64,000 nucleotides of DNA from a virus (taxonomy: Duplodnaviria; Caudoviricetes), in the IMG/VR virus record IMGVR_UViG_2721755553_000003, positions 236 to 64,235 of that record. The stretch is one strand, 5' to 3'. Under the pieces are notes generated by a model. That model worked only from the letters and a program-made list of their open reading frames with translations. It was not told where the DNA came from and ran no database searches. Shown here one piece after another: positions 9,273-19,235 of the stretch (its first letter is position 1; every line of letters starts with the position of its first letter). Made by a program: the position numbers and the translations under genes.

Positions 9273-10514
9273 TCAGGTCTTGATGGCCCAGGTCACCACC
9301 GCGCCCGGCGGCACGTTTGGGTGCGGATCGCCCGAACCGGCCGTGTCGATCACCAGCGTGTGGACGTGGTTCGGCGTCGGATCGATCGTGTGGGCGTGGT
9401 CGCCGTCGATCGAGATGCCGTGGCTGTGCGTGCCGCCCGGATCGGTCGCGAAGCTATGCGCGTGGTTGCCGGCCGCGTTGCTCGTGAAGGTGTGCGAGTG
9501 CGGGCCGCTCTGGGTGGTCTGGCCGTTGCCCTGCGAGCCCAGGTTGATGCCGGTGACGACCTGGGCGTTGTTCGGCGTCGCCGTGCTCACCAGGCCGTAG
9601 CCGTACTGGACGACGTGGGCGTGATCGCCGCTGATGTCGGTCGTGCCGGTGTGGGCGTGGTTGCCGGTCAGGTTCGTCGAGCCGGTATGGTCGTGGGCAC
9701 CGTCGATATTCGTGCCGCCGTGGTTGTGCGATCCGGCGGACTGGATCTCCGGCTGGAAGAAGCCGGCCGGCGACATGGTCGAGGTGTGCATGTGCCGCGG
9801 CATCTGGTTCGGTAGCATCGCCACCACCTCGCTACCGCCGAGGAAGCCCAGCGAGCCGACGAGGCCGCCGGCCGAGGTGAGCAGGTTCAGCCCGCGGTTC
9901 GCGCCAAACAGCGACCGGCCGCGCAGATCGGGCAGGTTGAAGGTCTGGAATCCGTCACCCACGCCCCACAGGCTGCTGATCGCGGCGAACAGGGCGGCAT
10001 AGGAGGCGCGCGAGACCGGCCGGCCGTCGCAGATCTCCCAGCCCGAGGGCACGTTGGGGCCGCCGAAGGCCTGGATTATCCCAGCCGGCAGCGTGGTCGG
10101 CGACAGGGTACGGTAGACCTGCGCGTCGGGGTCGAACACGACCGACCAGACCGTCGGGTAGATGTCGCCCGGTCCGAACTGGCTCCCGTCCGAGCGCAGC
10201 CACGGCTTCGGGGTGTTGCCGTCGGCGCACAGCGTGCAGGGGTTGAGGTTGGTCGTCGTGGTCCGGAACTTGAGCGTGTGCGCTTGACCCGCGGCCTTTG
10301 CAGAGACGCCCTGGCGGGTGATGACCGTGTAGGCGTCCGAGCCGTAGGCTTGGTTCACGCCCGCGTTGTCGAGCATCCAGAGCTTCATGGAAGCCATCAG
10401 CGCGCGCATGGCGTCGTTGATGGTTTTGGCCGGCTGCCCCTCGTTGAAGATGATCGGGGGATCCGAGACGTCGTTGCCCGAGGGCGCGACGTCCCAGTTG
10501 ATGGCGCCGGGCAT
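9273..10514 (-). CDS. Tail fibre with phage tail-collar domain and His-repeat (HxH) shaft
   Basis: LPAGIIQAFGG..VPSGWEICDG..VSRASYAALF...FNLPDLRGR; repeated GxHxH motifs. Confidence 0.88.
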   Translation of the reverse strand: MPGAINWDVAPSGNDVSDPPIIFNEGQPAKTINDAMRALMASMKLWMLDNAGVNQAYGSDAYTVITRQGVSAKAAGQAHTLKFRTTTTNLNPCTLCADGNTPKPWLRSDGSQFGPGDIYPTVWSVVFDPDAQVYRTLSPTTLPAGIIQAFGGPNVPSGWEICDGRPVSRASYAALFAAISSLWGVGDGFQTFNLPDLRGRSLFGANRGLNLLTSAGGLVGSLGFLGGSEVVAMLPNQMPRHMHTSTMSPAGFFQPEIQSAGSHNHGGTNIDGAHDHTGSTNLTGNHAHTGTTDISGDHAHVVQYGYGLVSTATPNNAQVVTGINLGSQGNGQTTQSGPHSHTFTSNAAGNHAHSFATDPGGTHSHGISIDGDHAHTIDPTPNHVHTLVIDTAGSGDPHPNVPPGAVVTWAIKT

Positions 10515-10529
10515 AGAGCCGTCCTCGGG

Positions 10530-11261
10530 TTAGCGGGTCGTGGCGCCGGGCAGCAGCGCGAAGAAGCGCTGGGCATCGAACGCGGGGGCTTGCCGGCGAG
10601 CCGGGTGCATCTGGACCGGGGCCGGAGCGGGCGCCGCGGCGGCCTGCGCAACCGGTGAGGCAGCCGGCGCATCGGCGGCGGTGAGTGTGCGCAGCAGCGA
10701 GGCGACCTGGAGGGTGCGGTCAGCCTCGGGTGACTGCATCGCCGCGCCGCCCGCCGGGGTCACCGAGCCCTCGGTACCGGCTGCGACCGGCCCGGACAGG
10801 CCGAAGGCGCCGCGGGGCGCGGCCGAGCCGGGCGAGAACGCCCCGCCGAGGAAGGCCGCTGCCTTCGCGCGGTGCCCGGCCATCTGGGTGTTGACCTTGT
10901 CGGCGACGGTGCCGGGGGTGCCGCCGTTCGCCGTGTCGCTCCGGTCATAGAGCCCGGGCCGCCCGGCATTCACGGTCGAGTAGAGGTCCAGCATCCCCAT
11001 GCCGGGCTTGAAGCCGCGGTCGGTCAGGTAGCGCTCGACGGCGGGGAGCTGGTCGGAGAAGCTCTGATCCTGGCTCGCGCCGTACTGCTGCTGCTCCGTC
11101 GGCCCGAACTGGATCAGGCCGATGTGCCGGTTGCCCGAGCCGCCCCGGATCGAAGGGCTGAACCCGCTCTCGAACGACATCACGGTCGCGAGGTCGAGCG
11201 GGTCCGCGCCGATGCGCTGCGCGCTGGCGATCAGCGCGTCGCGGTCTGCGGCAGTCGGCAT
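10530..11261 (-). CDS. Virion-associated lytic transglycosylase/lysozyme-like protein
   Basis: LATVMSFESGF...GLIQF motif, next to ejection genes. Confidence 0.75.
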   Translation of the reverse strand: MPTAADRDALIASAQRIGADPLDLATVMSFESGFSPSIRGGSGNRHIGLIQFGPTEQQQYGASQDQSFSDQLPAVERYLTDRGFKPGMGMLDLYSTVNAGRPGLYDRSDTANGGTPGTVADKVNTQMAGHRAKAAAFLGGAFSPGSAAPRGAFGLSGPVAAGTEGSVTPAGGAAMQSPEADRTLQVASLLRTLTAADAPAASPVAQAAAAPAPAPVQMHPARRQAPAFDAQRFFALLPGATTR

Positions 11262-11281
11262 GTTGAAGGTCCCGAAACGAC

Positions 11282-11308
11282 AAAAGCCGCCCTTGCGGAG
11301 CGGCTTTC
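11282..11308 (-). terminator. Intrinsic terminator hairpin between a putative late promoter and gene 11261
   Basis: Minus strand aaagccgc-tcc-GCAA-ggg-cggctttt; A/T runs on both sides. Confidence 0.75.
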
Positions 11309-11351
11309 AGGGTCCGGCGCGCAGCGCTGCGGACGGTGGCTTATTCCCGCG

Positions 11352-11369
11352 GTTCGCCCGTCGGGTCAA
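11352..11369 (-). promoter_or_regulatory. Putative late promoter element, copy 3 (TTGACCCGACGGGCGAAC)
   Basis: Identical over 18 bp to 24063-24080. Confidence 0.75.
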
Positions 11370-11442
11370 GTGTGTGGCTGGCACGTCATATCCAGCAAGC
11401 CAGCCACCCGCGTAGGTTGATCGCCGCGACGAGGGGACGACG

Positions 11443-11958
11443 ATGCGGTTGAGATCGGTGTGCGCGCTGGCGGGGCTGCTGGCGCTTGGCGGCTGCATCC
11501 AAGCCGTGACGATCCCAACCCAGATGACTGCGCTGAAGGACGCCTGTCACGGCAAGGATCGGCCGATGGCGGGAGCGGGTGACTTATCGGTCTGGCGCTG
11601 CGGCGAGGGCGATCAAGCGAAGTATGCCGTCTATCGAGGCGATGTCTTGGTGAAGGAGGCGAACGAGCTGGAGGCCTCGCAGGTCGCAGGTGGACTGTCG
11701 TGCCTCTCCCGAGGGTTCAAGGCCAAGACGCCCGAGTTCGAAGCGTGCGCTGCCAACATTCAGCAAGTGGCTTTGTCGGCAACCGGAAACCTGCGAGATC
11801 GCGAGAACGCTGACGCGGCGGCGCGCCGTGAACGAGCTGCCGATGCGCTGATCGCTGCTGGGGCATCGCTCCAGGCGACGCAGCCACAGACCGTGAACGT
11901 GCAGGCGAACTGCACCTCAATGCGAACCGGCACGCTTGTAAGCACGACCTGCAACTGA
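11443..11958 (+). CDS. Moron lipoprotein
   Basis: Lipobox LGGC at Cys18; antisense to the late operon. Confidence 0.8.
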   Translation: MRLRSVCALAGLLALGGCIQAVTIPTQMTALKDACHGKDRPMAGAGDLSVWRCGEGDQAKYAVYRGDVLVKEANELEASQVAGGLSCLSRGFKAKTPEFEACAANIQQVALSATGNLRDRENADAAARRERAADALIAAGASLQATQPQTVNVQANCTSMRTGTLVSTTCN

Positions 11959-11977
11959 TCCGTGCTACGCTGAGCAA

Positions 11978-12226
11978 ATGCCCCGCTGGCTCCAGATCAT
12001 TTTCACGCTCGTTCTGTTCGCTGGGATCATGCTTGCCGTGCGGGCGGCGTTGGTCGTTGGGCTTCACGCCACGGTTCCAGACTTCACCGCGTGGATGGAC
12101 AAGACCGTGGGGCACACGGCGCACGTGGTTCTGCTAGTCGGATTCCTCGTTCTCTGCGGGGCCTTCGGCTTTTGGCCGCGCGACCGAGCTGGCCGGATGA
12201 AGCCGCTTTTACCGCGCCGCCGCTGA
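11978..12226 (+). CDS. Small 2-TM membrane protein (moron)
   Basis: Two hydrophobic helices, 19 nt after the lipoprotein. Confidence 0.7.
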   Translation: MPRWLQIIFTLVLFAGIMLAVRAALVVGLHATVPDFTAWMDKTVGHTAHVVLLVGFLVLCGAFGFWPRDRAGRMKPLLPRRR

Positions 12227-15200
12227 CTGTCGCAGCGGAGCAGCGCCGCCATTCGCAAGCGTCAGGAGCCGATGGGTGAACAGCTCCGCGTTCTTGCTGC
12301 CCGGAGCTGACTTCGCCAGCGCGCGCAGGTCCGGCACCGCCTGCGGATCGGTGAAGATGCGGGCGATCGCGGCGTTGTTCAGATCCCGAGACCGCTCGCC
12401 CAGAGCGTGTGAAGCTGCCTTCCGGATCCCGACCAAGCCGCCGGCTGCCGCGCCGGCCGGGCCAGCCGCCACGCCGCCCGCCGCGGCACCGGTCACCGCA
12501 TCGGAGATTGCCGCTGCAAGGGGTGTCCCGTTCTTGAGGCGCTCCTGGATCGCAGTGTTGAAGGTCGTGTCGCTGCCCTTGTTCGGGCGATAGCCGGTCG
12601 CCTCCAGGGTGGTGAGCAGCTTGTCGAGCGCCACCCACCGGGTCTCGCCCTCCGGAAGGGCGCGCATCACGGCTTCGAGGTTGTGCCGCTGCTGGGCGTT
12701 GCCTCGGATCGCCGAGGCGAACCCGGCGCCCCCGTACTGCGAGGCGAGGCCCTTGGTCTGCTGAGTCGCTTCGTTGAACACGGTTTCCAGGTAGGTCCGC
12801 GACAGCTCGCGTGCCTGCTGCGGGCGATTGGCCGCCAGCGCCTGCATGGCCGCGGCCACCTCGGTGTGGCTGCCGGGCGCCGGGTTCGGGTTGAACAGCG
12901 TCCGCACGGCGTTGCCGACATCGGGAGACCGCGCGAGCTGGCCGAGCGGCGACGCCTCGACCCGCGCTAAGCCTTCGCGAGCGAGCACGATGTTCGAGAG
13001 ACGATCGCGAGCGCCCGGGAGCTGATCCAGGACGTCGGCATGCTTGCGCATCGCGGTGCGCATCGCCTCGGCAGACAGGTTGCCCTCGGCGCCCGCCGCA
13101 CGGTCCAAGATCTGGGTCGTGACGTACCGCTCCAGAGCCTCGCGCGAGAGGGGCGCAGGCTGCGCGAGCAGCTCGCGGGCGGCGGTCGCGCCCGTGAAGG
13201 TGCCGGGCACCTGTTCGGCCGGCATCCGGAATGGGCCATCGCCGGCCGGCGTCTCGAACCGATCCGTGGCGCGCCCGAGCGGTGCGTTCGGGCGGGTGTA
13301 GGGCTCGAGCGGCACGGAATGGCGCGCGAACACCTCGTCGGCCGCCGCCACCTCAGGCACTTCCTTGAGCCCGCGGTCGATCCCCTGGCGCGCGATCGTC
13401 AGATCGCGGGCCTTCGTGCCGTCACCGATCTCGATCGCGGACCGCACGTCCTGGTCGAGCCGCTCGCGGGCGCGGAGATTGCCCGCCACGGTCATGTCGA
13501 CCGGGCTGTCCGGGTTCGCCCCCTCGAACAGGTTGCGGCGCGCGGACTGGAGGCCGGAGCGCACATCACCCTTCGCGGTCTGCAACAGGTCGTCGATCGC
13601 AGCGATGCCGGGCTGCGGGTTCACCTGCCCGAACCGCACATCCGGGATCTGCTCCTGGATGGTCGTTGACTTCACGAGGGGCGCGGGCGGCTCGCGCATC
13701 GCACCGATGACGGCCTCGTAGGCGTCGAGCGGGTCGGCGTGCTGGCCACGCACCAGCGAACCGACCACCCGGTCGCGGACGTCGGGGTGAAGCGTGCTCG
13801 CGTCGATGCCGACCTTGCCCAGGTCCTCGCGGAGGCGGCTGTTCGCCAGCGACACCGCTTGGCTGTAATCGTCGCCGAGCTGTCCCGCCGTCGGCGCGCC
13901 GCCCGCGCCCCGGCTCGTGCCGAGCGGGTACGAGGGGAAGCCGCGCTGCTCGTTCTGGAGCTTGCGCAGGAGCTCGGAGGAAATGTCCCGCGCCATGCCA
14001 CCATCGGCGTCTGGCCGGAAGTAGCCCTCCTCGATCAGCCGCTCGCGCCAGAAGTCGTCGATCCCCTTGCCGGTCGGCCGCGCGACGTTGCCGTGGCCGG
14101 GGATGTTGAAGCGCTGGAGATCCGTCGCCGCGGCGTCGCCGTCGAGGCGGATGCCGCCGTTGCGCGCGATGAAGCGCGCGAGGCTCTCGGGCCCCGCAGC
14201 GGCGGCCTCGGCATCCGGACGCACGAAGGCCTCCAGCGGACGCGGAGCCGCATCGGTGAACTGCGGGCGCGAGTAGGCCTGCGGCGTCACGATGGGATCG
14301 CCCGGGCGCTCAACAGTGATCATCCGCTCGATACCGGCGCGCTCGGGGGCGTTGCGCGCGGCCTCGTACAGCGGGTCGCTCGCCGTCTTCCGCGCCGCCT
14401 CGAGGCCGCCACGGATCCCGGACAACTCGCCCTGGATCGTCTGGCCGGCCTGCTCGGGTGTCACCCGCGGCCCCGTCGCCGCACGCGCGGCCGAGAACGC
14501 CATCCCCTCTGGCGTCTGGGCCATGCCCGCCCGGGCGGCTTCCTGGATCTGAGGGCCGAGCGTCGAGGGTGCCTCCGGTATCGGAGCGAGCCGCTCGAAA
14601 GCCTCCCGGCCCACGTTGTCGATCGCCGCCGGACGCGCCGCGTAGAACTCGTTCAAGACGCGCCCACCCTCGCCACCAGAATTGGCGACGTTGCGGGCGA
14701 GCTGCGACGCCCGCACGGCCCGGCCGCCCGTCACGGCGTTCAGCGCCTCGTCGAGCGACAGCGGCACGCCGCCGCCAGGGAGGCCCCGGGCTTGCTGGAT
14801 CAGATGCTGCGCGGCTTCCAGGTCCTTCTCGTCGAGCCCCTCCAGGGCCTCACGTACGACGCCCTGGCCGCGGCCGCCGCCGGTGACGGCCGTGACGACC
14901 TTGCCGGCTAGGCGGCCAGCAGCAGGGCCAGCCGCGCCGAGGCCCGCGCCGAGACCTGCCCCGACCTCAATGGCGCCGACATCACCCCCCGAACGGACAG
15001 CCGCATCGGCACCGCCCAGCGCTGCACCGGAGAAGCCAGAGGCCACCATTCGGGCCGGCAGAGCAGCGCCAGAGGCGCCGAACGCAGCCGGAGCAGCGGT
15101 GACCAGAGGAGCAGTGCCGAGCACGCCACCGAGGATTTCACCGGCACCGCTCGCATAAGGATGCTCGGCCGCAGTCCGCTGCCCGAAGTCCTCGACCGCC

Positions 15201-15505
15201 TTCAGCTCGTCGCTGTACCGGCTGTCGTTCTTCAGGGCGCGGACGCCCGCCGCCACTCGGTTTAGACCACCCAGCAGGTACGGCCCGATCACGGGCACCC
15301 CATCAACCAAGCCGCGGCCGACTGCGGCCGCCGCGGTTCCTGCCTGGGGCTTCTCCGGCACGAGGTCGCCGAAACCGACCGAGGCTTGCACCTTCCCAGT
15401 TGGGACCAGGTCAGAGAAGTCGATCTGCGGCGCCTGGGCGGCCTGGGCGGTCGGGGCCTGCTGCTGCTTGGCCGGGATCAGATCGCTGAAGTCGATGTCC
15501 GCCAC
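12209..15505 (-). CDS. Large internal virion/DNA ejection protein (1098 aa)
   Basis: Ala/Gly-rich helical protein; N-terminal DFSDL.P repeats; third of three ejection-type genes. Confidence 0.75.
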   Translation of the reverse strand: MADIDFSDLIPAKQQQAPTAQAAQAPQIDFSDLVPTGKVQASVGFGDLVPEKPQAGTAAAAVGRGLVDGVPVIGPYLLGGLNRVAAGVRALKNDSRYSDELKAVEDFGQRTAAEHPYASGAGEILGGVLGTAPLVTAAPAAFGASGAALPARMVASGFSGAALGGADAAVRSGGDVGAIEVGAGLGAGLGAAGPAAGRLAGKVVTAVTGGGRGQGVVREALEGLDEKDLEAAQHLIQQARGLPGGGVPLSLDEALNAVTGGRAVRASQLARNVANSGGEGGRVLNEFYAARPAAIDNVGREAFERLAPIPEAPSTLGPQIQEAARAGMAQTPEGMAFSAARAATGPRVTPEQAGQTIQGELSGIRGGLEAARKTASDPLYEAARNAPERAGIERMITVERPGDPIVTPQAYSRPQFTDAAPRPLEAFVRPDAEAAAAGPESLARFIARNGGIRLDGDAAATDLQRFNIPGHGNVARPTGKGIDDFWRERLIEEGYFRPDADGGMARDISSELLRKLQNEQRGFPSYPLGTSRGAGGAPTAGQLGDDYSQAVSLANSRLREDLGKVGIDASTLHPDVRDRVVGSLVRGQHADPLDAYEAVIGAMREPPAPLVKSTTIQEQIPDVRFGQVNPQPGIAAIDDLLQTAKGDVRSGLQSARRNLFEGANPDSPVDMTVAGNLRARERLDQDVRSAIEIGDGTKARDLTIARQGIDRGLKEVPEVAAADEVFARHSVPLEPYTRPNAPLGRATDRFETPAGDGPFRMPAEQVPGTFTGATAARELLAQPAPLSREALERYVTTQILDRAAGAEGNLSAEAMRTAMRKHADVLDQLPGARDRLSNIVLAREGLARVEASPLGQLARSPDVGNAVRTLFNPNPAPGSHTEVAAAMQALAANRPQQARELSRTYLETVFNEATQQTKGLASQYGGAGFASAIRGNAQQRHNLEAVMRALPEGETRWVALDKLLTTLEATGYRPNKGSDTTFNTAIQERLKNGTPLAAAISDAVTGAAAGGVAAGPAGAAAGGLVGIRKAASHALGERSRDLNNAAIARIFTDPQAVPDLRALAKSAPGSKNAELFTHRLLTLANGGAAPLRQSAAAR

Positions 15506-15506
15506 G

Positions 15507-17210
15507 TCACAGCCCCCGCGGGTCGATGCCGAACTTCAGCAGCCGCGTCTTGACCTTGTTCGGATCCGCACCGGCCTTGATCGCTGCACGCGCCTGATCC
15601 AGCGGCCCCATAGCGGGTGTCTCCGAGCCCTGAGGGGTGCCCGGGCGCTGGCCCACGGCGCTTTGAGCCTCAGGAGCCTGGACCTGCATCATGGGGCCGA
15701 CCTGCTTGAGATCAGGCTGAGTCGCCAGCATCTGATCAGCCAGGGCGTTGTGCCGGCTGATCGTCGCGCGTGCCGAGCGTTCGTTCAGATCCAGGATGCG
15801 CCGGATCGAGCCCTCGTCGAGCGCGATGTTGTCGCCCGAGAAGTCCTCCGCGAAGGTGCGGTCGCCGTTCGACGGATTGCTGCCGAGGCCCTTCACCGCC
15901 GCCAACACCATCGGCTTCAGCGCGGCCCGGAGGGACTCCGTGTTCTGGATGGCATCCGGATCGGTCACACCAAGGAGTGCGCCGACCTTCTGAAGCGCCA
16001 AGCGGTCGCCGGCTCGGAACCCGGAGATGATGCCGCCGGAGCCGTCGAGCTGGGCCCGCGCATTCTGGATGGCGCGGATCTGATCCGCGCCCGCGCGCGC
16101 ATTGTCGGCGCTCGCGACGAACTGGTCGCCCAGCCCCTTCAGGATCGGGTTGATGGAGTTGTTCACCACGGTCTGGGCGCGCGAGGCGTTGCCCTTGAAG
16201 TTGATGAAGTCGGTGAACGAGCCTTCGTAGCCGCCCTTCTTCGCCGCCTCGTAGTTCTTCTGATCGGCCGTGGAATCGTCCCTCGCCTGCAGGGCGACGG
16301 TCTCCTGGCCGGTGCGCTCGTTCCGGTTCCAGCGGTTGCCGTCGGCATCGGTGTACTGCTTGTAGAGTTCCGACGGTGGCAGGACGCCCTTGAACAGCTC
16401 GTTCATGAAGGTGCTGTTGCCGCCCAGGGTGAGCGCCTGCTCCGGGCTGATGCCGGGGATCTTGCTTGCCACGTACTGGGCATTCCCGGATAGCTGGCGC
16501 TGCTCCTGCGCGTCCTTCCGCACCTTCAGGCCGAACTCGGCCCGGGCGAGATCGGAGGCGGCGCGCTTCCCTTCGTTATCCTGGTAGGCCTTCAGGCCGG
16601 CCGCCGCGCCGCGCCCGAAGCCGGGCGTCGACATGAGGCCGATGCCGAGCGAGGTCAGCAGGTCGCCGCCACCGTTCGCGTTGAGATTTCGCAGTCCGTC
16701 GCCGATCCGGTCGAGGAGAGACGGCTCCGCTGCGGGAGAGGATGGCGCAGGAGCCGGGGCGGCGTTCGTCGACCCGGTCGTCGCCGGAGCAGTGGGCGCC
16801 GGCAGGCTGCCAAAACTCAGCGGGCGCGGCGGCGCAGCGGCGGCCGGCGCCTCATCACCACGCGGCGCGGCTGGCGCGCTGACCGGCAGGGCAGGCGCGC
16901 GCGAACCGACGAGGCTGGGCAGCGGCGACCGCTCCGGCTCCGCGGCCAGCGGCGCCGACATCTGCGGGGGCAGGGCGCCGAACATGCGCAGCGGGGCGCG
17001 GGCCGGTGCCTCGGGCTCGACGGCCGGCGCCGCCGCGGCGACCTGCGGCTGCATGGTCGGCGCGGTCGGCGGCACGAAGCCGGTGAAGCCCGGCGGGATG
17101 GCCGCCGGCACGTCGTCGGCCGAGACGTCCATCTGCGGCCGCGCCTGCTGCATCAGGCGGGCGATGTCGGCCGGGGAGAGGGCGCCGAACGGCGAGAGAC
17201 CTGCGGACAC
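15507..17210 (-). CDS. Internal virion/ejection protein (567 aa)
   Basis: Pro/Ala-rich N-terminus, helical C-terminus; synteny. Confidence 0.7.
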   Translation of the reverse strand: MSAGLSPFGALSPADIARLMQQARPQMDVSADDVPAAIPPGFTGFVPPTAPTMQPQVAAAAPAVEPEAPARAPLRMFGALPPQMSAPLAAEPERSPLPSLVGSRAPALPVSAPAAPRGDEAPAAAAPPRPLSFGSLPAPTAPATTGSTNAAPAPAPSSPAAEPSLLDRIGDGLRNLNANGGGDLLTSLGIGLMSTPGFGRGAAAGLKAYQDNEGKRAASDLARAEFGLKVRKDAQEQRQLSGNAQYVASKIPGISPEQALTLGGNSTFMNELFKGVLPPSELYKQYTDADGNRWNRNERTGQETVALQARDDSTADQKNYEAAKKGGYEGSFTDFINFKGNASRAQTVVNNSINPILKGLGDQFVASADNARAGADQIRAIQNARAQLDGSGGIISGFRAGDRLALQKVGALLGVTDPDAIQNTESLRAALKPMVLAAVKGLGSNPSNGDRTFAEDFSGDNIALDEGSIRRILDLNERSARATISRHNALADQMLATQPDLKQVGPMMQVQAPEAQSAVGQRPGTPQGSETPAMGPLDQARAAIKAGADPNKVKTRLLKFGIDPRGL

Positions 17211-17219
17211 GACGCGCTC

Positions 17220-18506
17220 CTACTTGCCGATGAACTTCGAGGCCGTGCCGGCGATGGCCAGCCCGCCGCCGAGCAGCTGCTGGAGCACGCCCGGCTGCGG
17301 GATCTTCTGGACCGACGTGCCGCTCGAGGAGCCGCCGAGGCCCGCGATCGGGTCGACGATGCCGGCGTAGAGGCCGAGTTGCTTCCAAGGCGACGCCTGC
17401 TGCTCGGCGAACTGCTCCTGCGCGGCGTCGAGCTGTGCCTGCCGGTCCGCATCGAGGGCGGCACCGACACCGGCCAGGGTCAGCCCGGGACGCTGGAGGT
17501 TGTCGATGTTCGTCCCGACCATGCCGAGACCCTGAAGCGCCGCGGCCCGGTCCGCCTGCGCGGCCGACAGCTTGATCGTCGACTTCTGCATGGCGTTCTG
17601 GATGTTCTGGTTATCCAGGCTCGCCAGCGAGTTCGCGCCCGTGAGCGCCGTCGAGTTCGTGTCGTTGTAGAGGCCAGCTCCGGACAGGGCGAGGCCGGCG
17701 TTGACCTGCTCGGCGTTGTTGATGCTGCCGTAGAGCCCCTGCTGGAGGCTGGTGCGGGCGTTGCGCGAGCTGTCGATCGCCGTGGCCGCCTGCATCTGGC
17801 GGGTGCGCTCGTTGTCGTAGTCCGTGTACCGCGCCTGCGTCCCGATCGCGCCGAGGGAGTCGGCGATCGTCGCGGCGTACCGGCCCGAGCCGGTGCGGCC
17901 CGCCGCGCCCATCTGCTGGGCGATCTTCGAGGCCGCCTCGCCCTGGCTCCGGCCGATCACCGCGTCGAGGTAGGGGTTCGCCCCGCCCAGGAACTTGCCG
18001 TCGGCGGCATCCTGCAGCGACTTCTCCGTCTGCGTCTGGCCGGACAGCCCGTTGAGCAGGCCGGTGTAGCCGTCGGTCGAGAGGTTATAGTCGCCCCGGG
18101 TGAGCGCGCGCGCCGTCGAGTAGGCGAGGTTGTTCGGGTCCGCCATCTGGTCGGCGAGCTGGCTGACCCGCGACGTGTCGATCTTGCCGATGGTGTCGAG
18201 GCCGGAGAGCGCGGCCTGGATGCCGGAGGTCGTGCCGCCGTTCTGGAGTAGGCCGGTCAGGTAGCTGTCGCCGGCCTTGGCCGCGCCCTGGCCCGCGTTG
18301 GCGCTGCCGGCGATCGTGTCGAGCGCGGCGAGCGAGGTGTCGCCCAGACCGGCGTAGCGCGGGCCAGTGTAGACCTGCGAGCCGACGCCCGAGTTGTACG
18401 CCGCGGTCGCGCCGGCGAGCACGCCCTGAAGCGCGGGCTGTGCCGGCGCCCACGGGTCGTTGTTCTGCTGCTGGACCGTGGTCTGGGTCTTGGTGCCGCC
18501 GCCCAT
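17220..18506 (-). CDS. Ejection/DNA-transfer protein (428 aa)
   Basis: MGGGTKTQTTVQQQ N-terminus and LLGGGLAIAG C-terminus typical of podoviral ejection proteins. Confidence 0.7.
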   Translation of the reverse strand: MGGGTKTQTTVQQQNNDPWAPAQPALQGVLAGATAAYNSGVGSQVYTGPRYAGLGDTSLAALDTIAGSANAGQGAAKAGDSYLTGLLQNGGTTSGIQAALSGLDTIGKIDTSRVSQLADQMADPNNLAYSTARALTRGDYNLSTDGYTGLLNGLSGQTQTEKSLQDAADGKFLGGANPYLDAVIGRSQGEAASKIAQQMGAAGRTGSGRYAATIADSLGAIGTQARYTDYDNERTRQMQAATAIDSSRNARTSLQQGLYGSINNAEQVNAGLALSGAGLYNDTNSTALTGANSLASLDNQNIQNAMQKSTIKLSAAQADRAAALQGLGMVGTNIDNLQRPGLTLAGVGAALDADRQAQLDAAQEQFAEQQASPWKQLGLYAGIVDPIAGLGGSSSGTSVQKIPQPGVLQQLLGGGLAIAGTASKFIGK

Positions 18507-18507
18507 G

Positions 18508-18930
18508 TCAGGCCCCGATGCGCTTGGTGAAGTGGTGGCCGAGCTCGCAGGGCGCGGCGGTGTAATCCGGCAGCACGCGGGCCCAGCCGCGGCGGCCGAC
18601 GAACTCGACGGTGGTGCAGCCGAGCCGGGCGGCGCCGCGCTCGACGGCGGCGATGACGGCGCTCCACGGGCCCGCTGCGCGCCCGCCGAGGGACAGGACC
18701 CAGCAGGACAGGCGGCCGCCGCGGTGCTGGCGGACCTGCGTCACGCCCGCAGCCACGAAGCGGTCGCCATCGAAGATCCCGACGAGCTGCGCCTGCCCGG
18801 CCGCGCAGGACGCGAGCAGGCCGGCCACGGTCAGGTCGCAACGGGGCAGCGCACAGGCTGCGCCCAGGCATGCCTCAACGCGCTCGGCGAGGTCAGGCGC
18901 GAGCGGCATCGACAGGGGCTGGAGGCGCAT
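18508..18930 (-). CDS. GNAT-like acetyltransferase
   Basis: ATG 18930 overlaps the previous stop; GCTTVEFVGRRGWARVL. Confidence 0.6.
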   Translation of the reverse strand: MRLQPLSMPLAPDLAERVEACLGAACALPRCDLTVAGLLASCAAGQAQLVGIFDGDRFVAAGVTQVRQHRGGRLSCWVLSLGGRAAGPWSAVIAAVERGAARLGCTTVEFVGRRGWARVLPDYTAAPCELGHHFTKRIGA

Positions 18931-19235
18931 CAGGCCCGGCGCATCTCGAAGCGGAAGGTGCGGTCGGTCGCCGGGTTCAGATCGTGGCCGACCGTGAAGC
19001 TCCGGCGGTCGGCCGAGATCAGCCACACCGTCGCCTTCGACGCGGATTCCGTGACCGGGACCCAGCGCGGCAGGGCGCCGGGTCCGCAGTTCTCGCAGGG
19101 CACGGTGGTGCGCGAGACCCCGTTGGCCAGGGTGAAGGTGCTGGACGCGATCGCGTTCGTGGCACCGCGCGCGAGGTCGTCGATCGCGCGGCTGAAGAGC
19201 GACAGGTCCTTCTCGTTCCGGCCGGGGACGTTCAT
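18930..19235 (-). CDS. Small tail-associated protein (101 aa)
   Basis: Coupled ORF in the structural operon. Confidence 0.75.
   Translation of the reverse strand: MNVPGRNEKDLSLFSRAIDDLARGATNAIASSTFTLANGVSRTTVPCENCGPGALPRWVPVTESASKATVWLISADRRSFTVGHDLNPATDRTFRFEMRRA

Noticed and set aside
4690-10514. Diversity-generating retroelement or invertible tail cassette
   Set aside because: No reverse transcriptase, no TR/VR pair and no inverted crossover sites near the fibres.
11375-11406. ACGTCA in a hairpin near the moron as another CGUCA-loop element
   Set aside because: It is on the opposite strand to the late transcript and has a 16-nt loop; more likely a terminator or chance.
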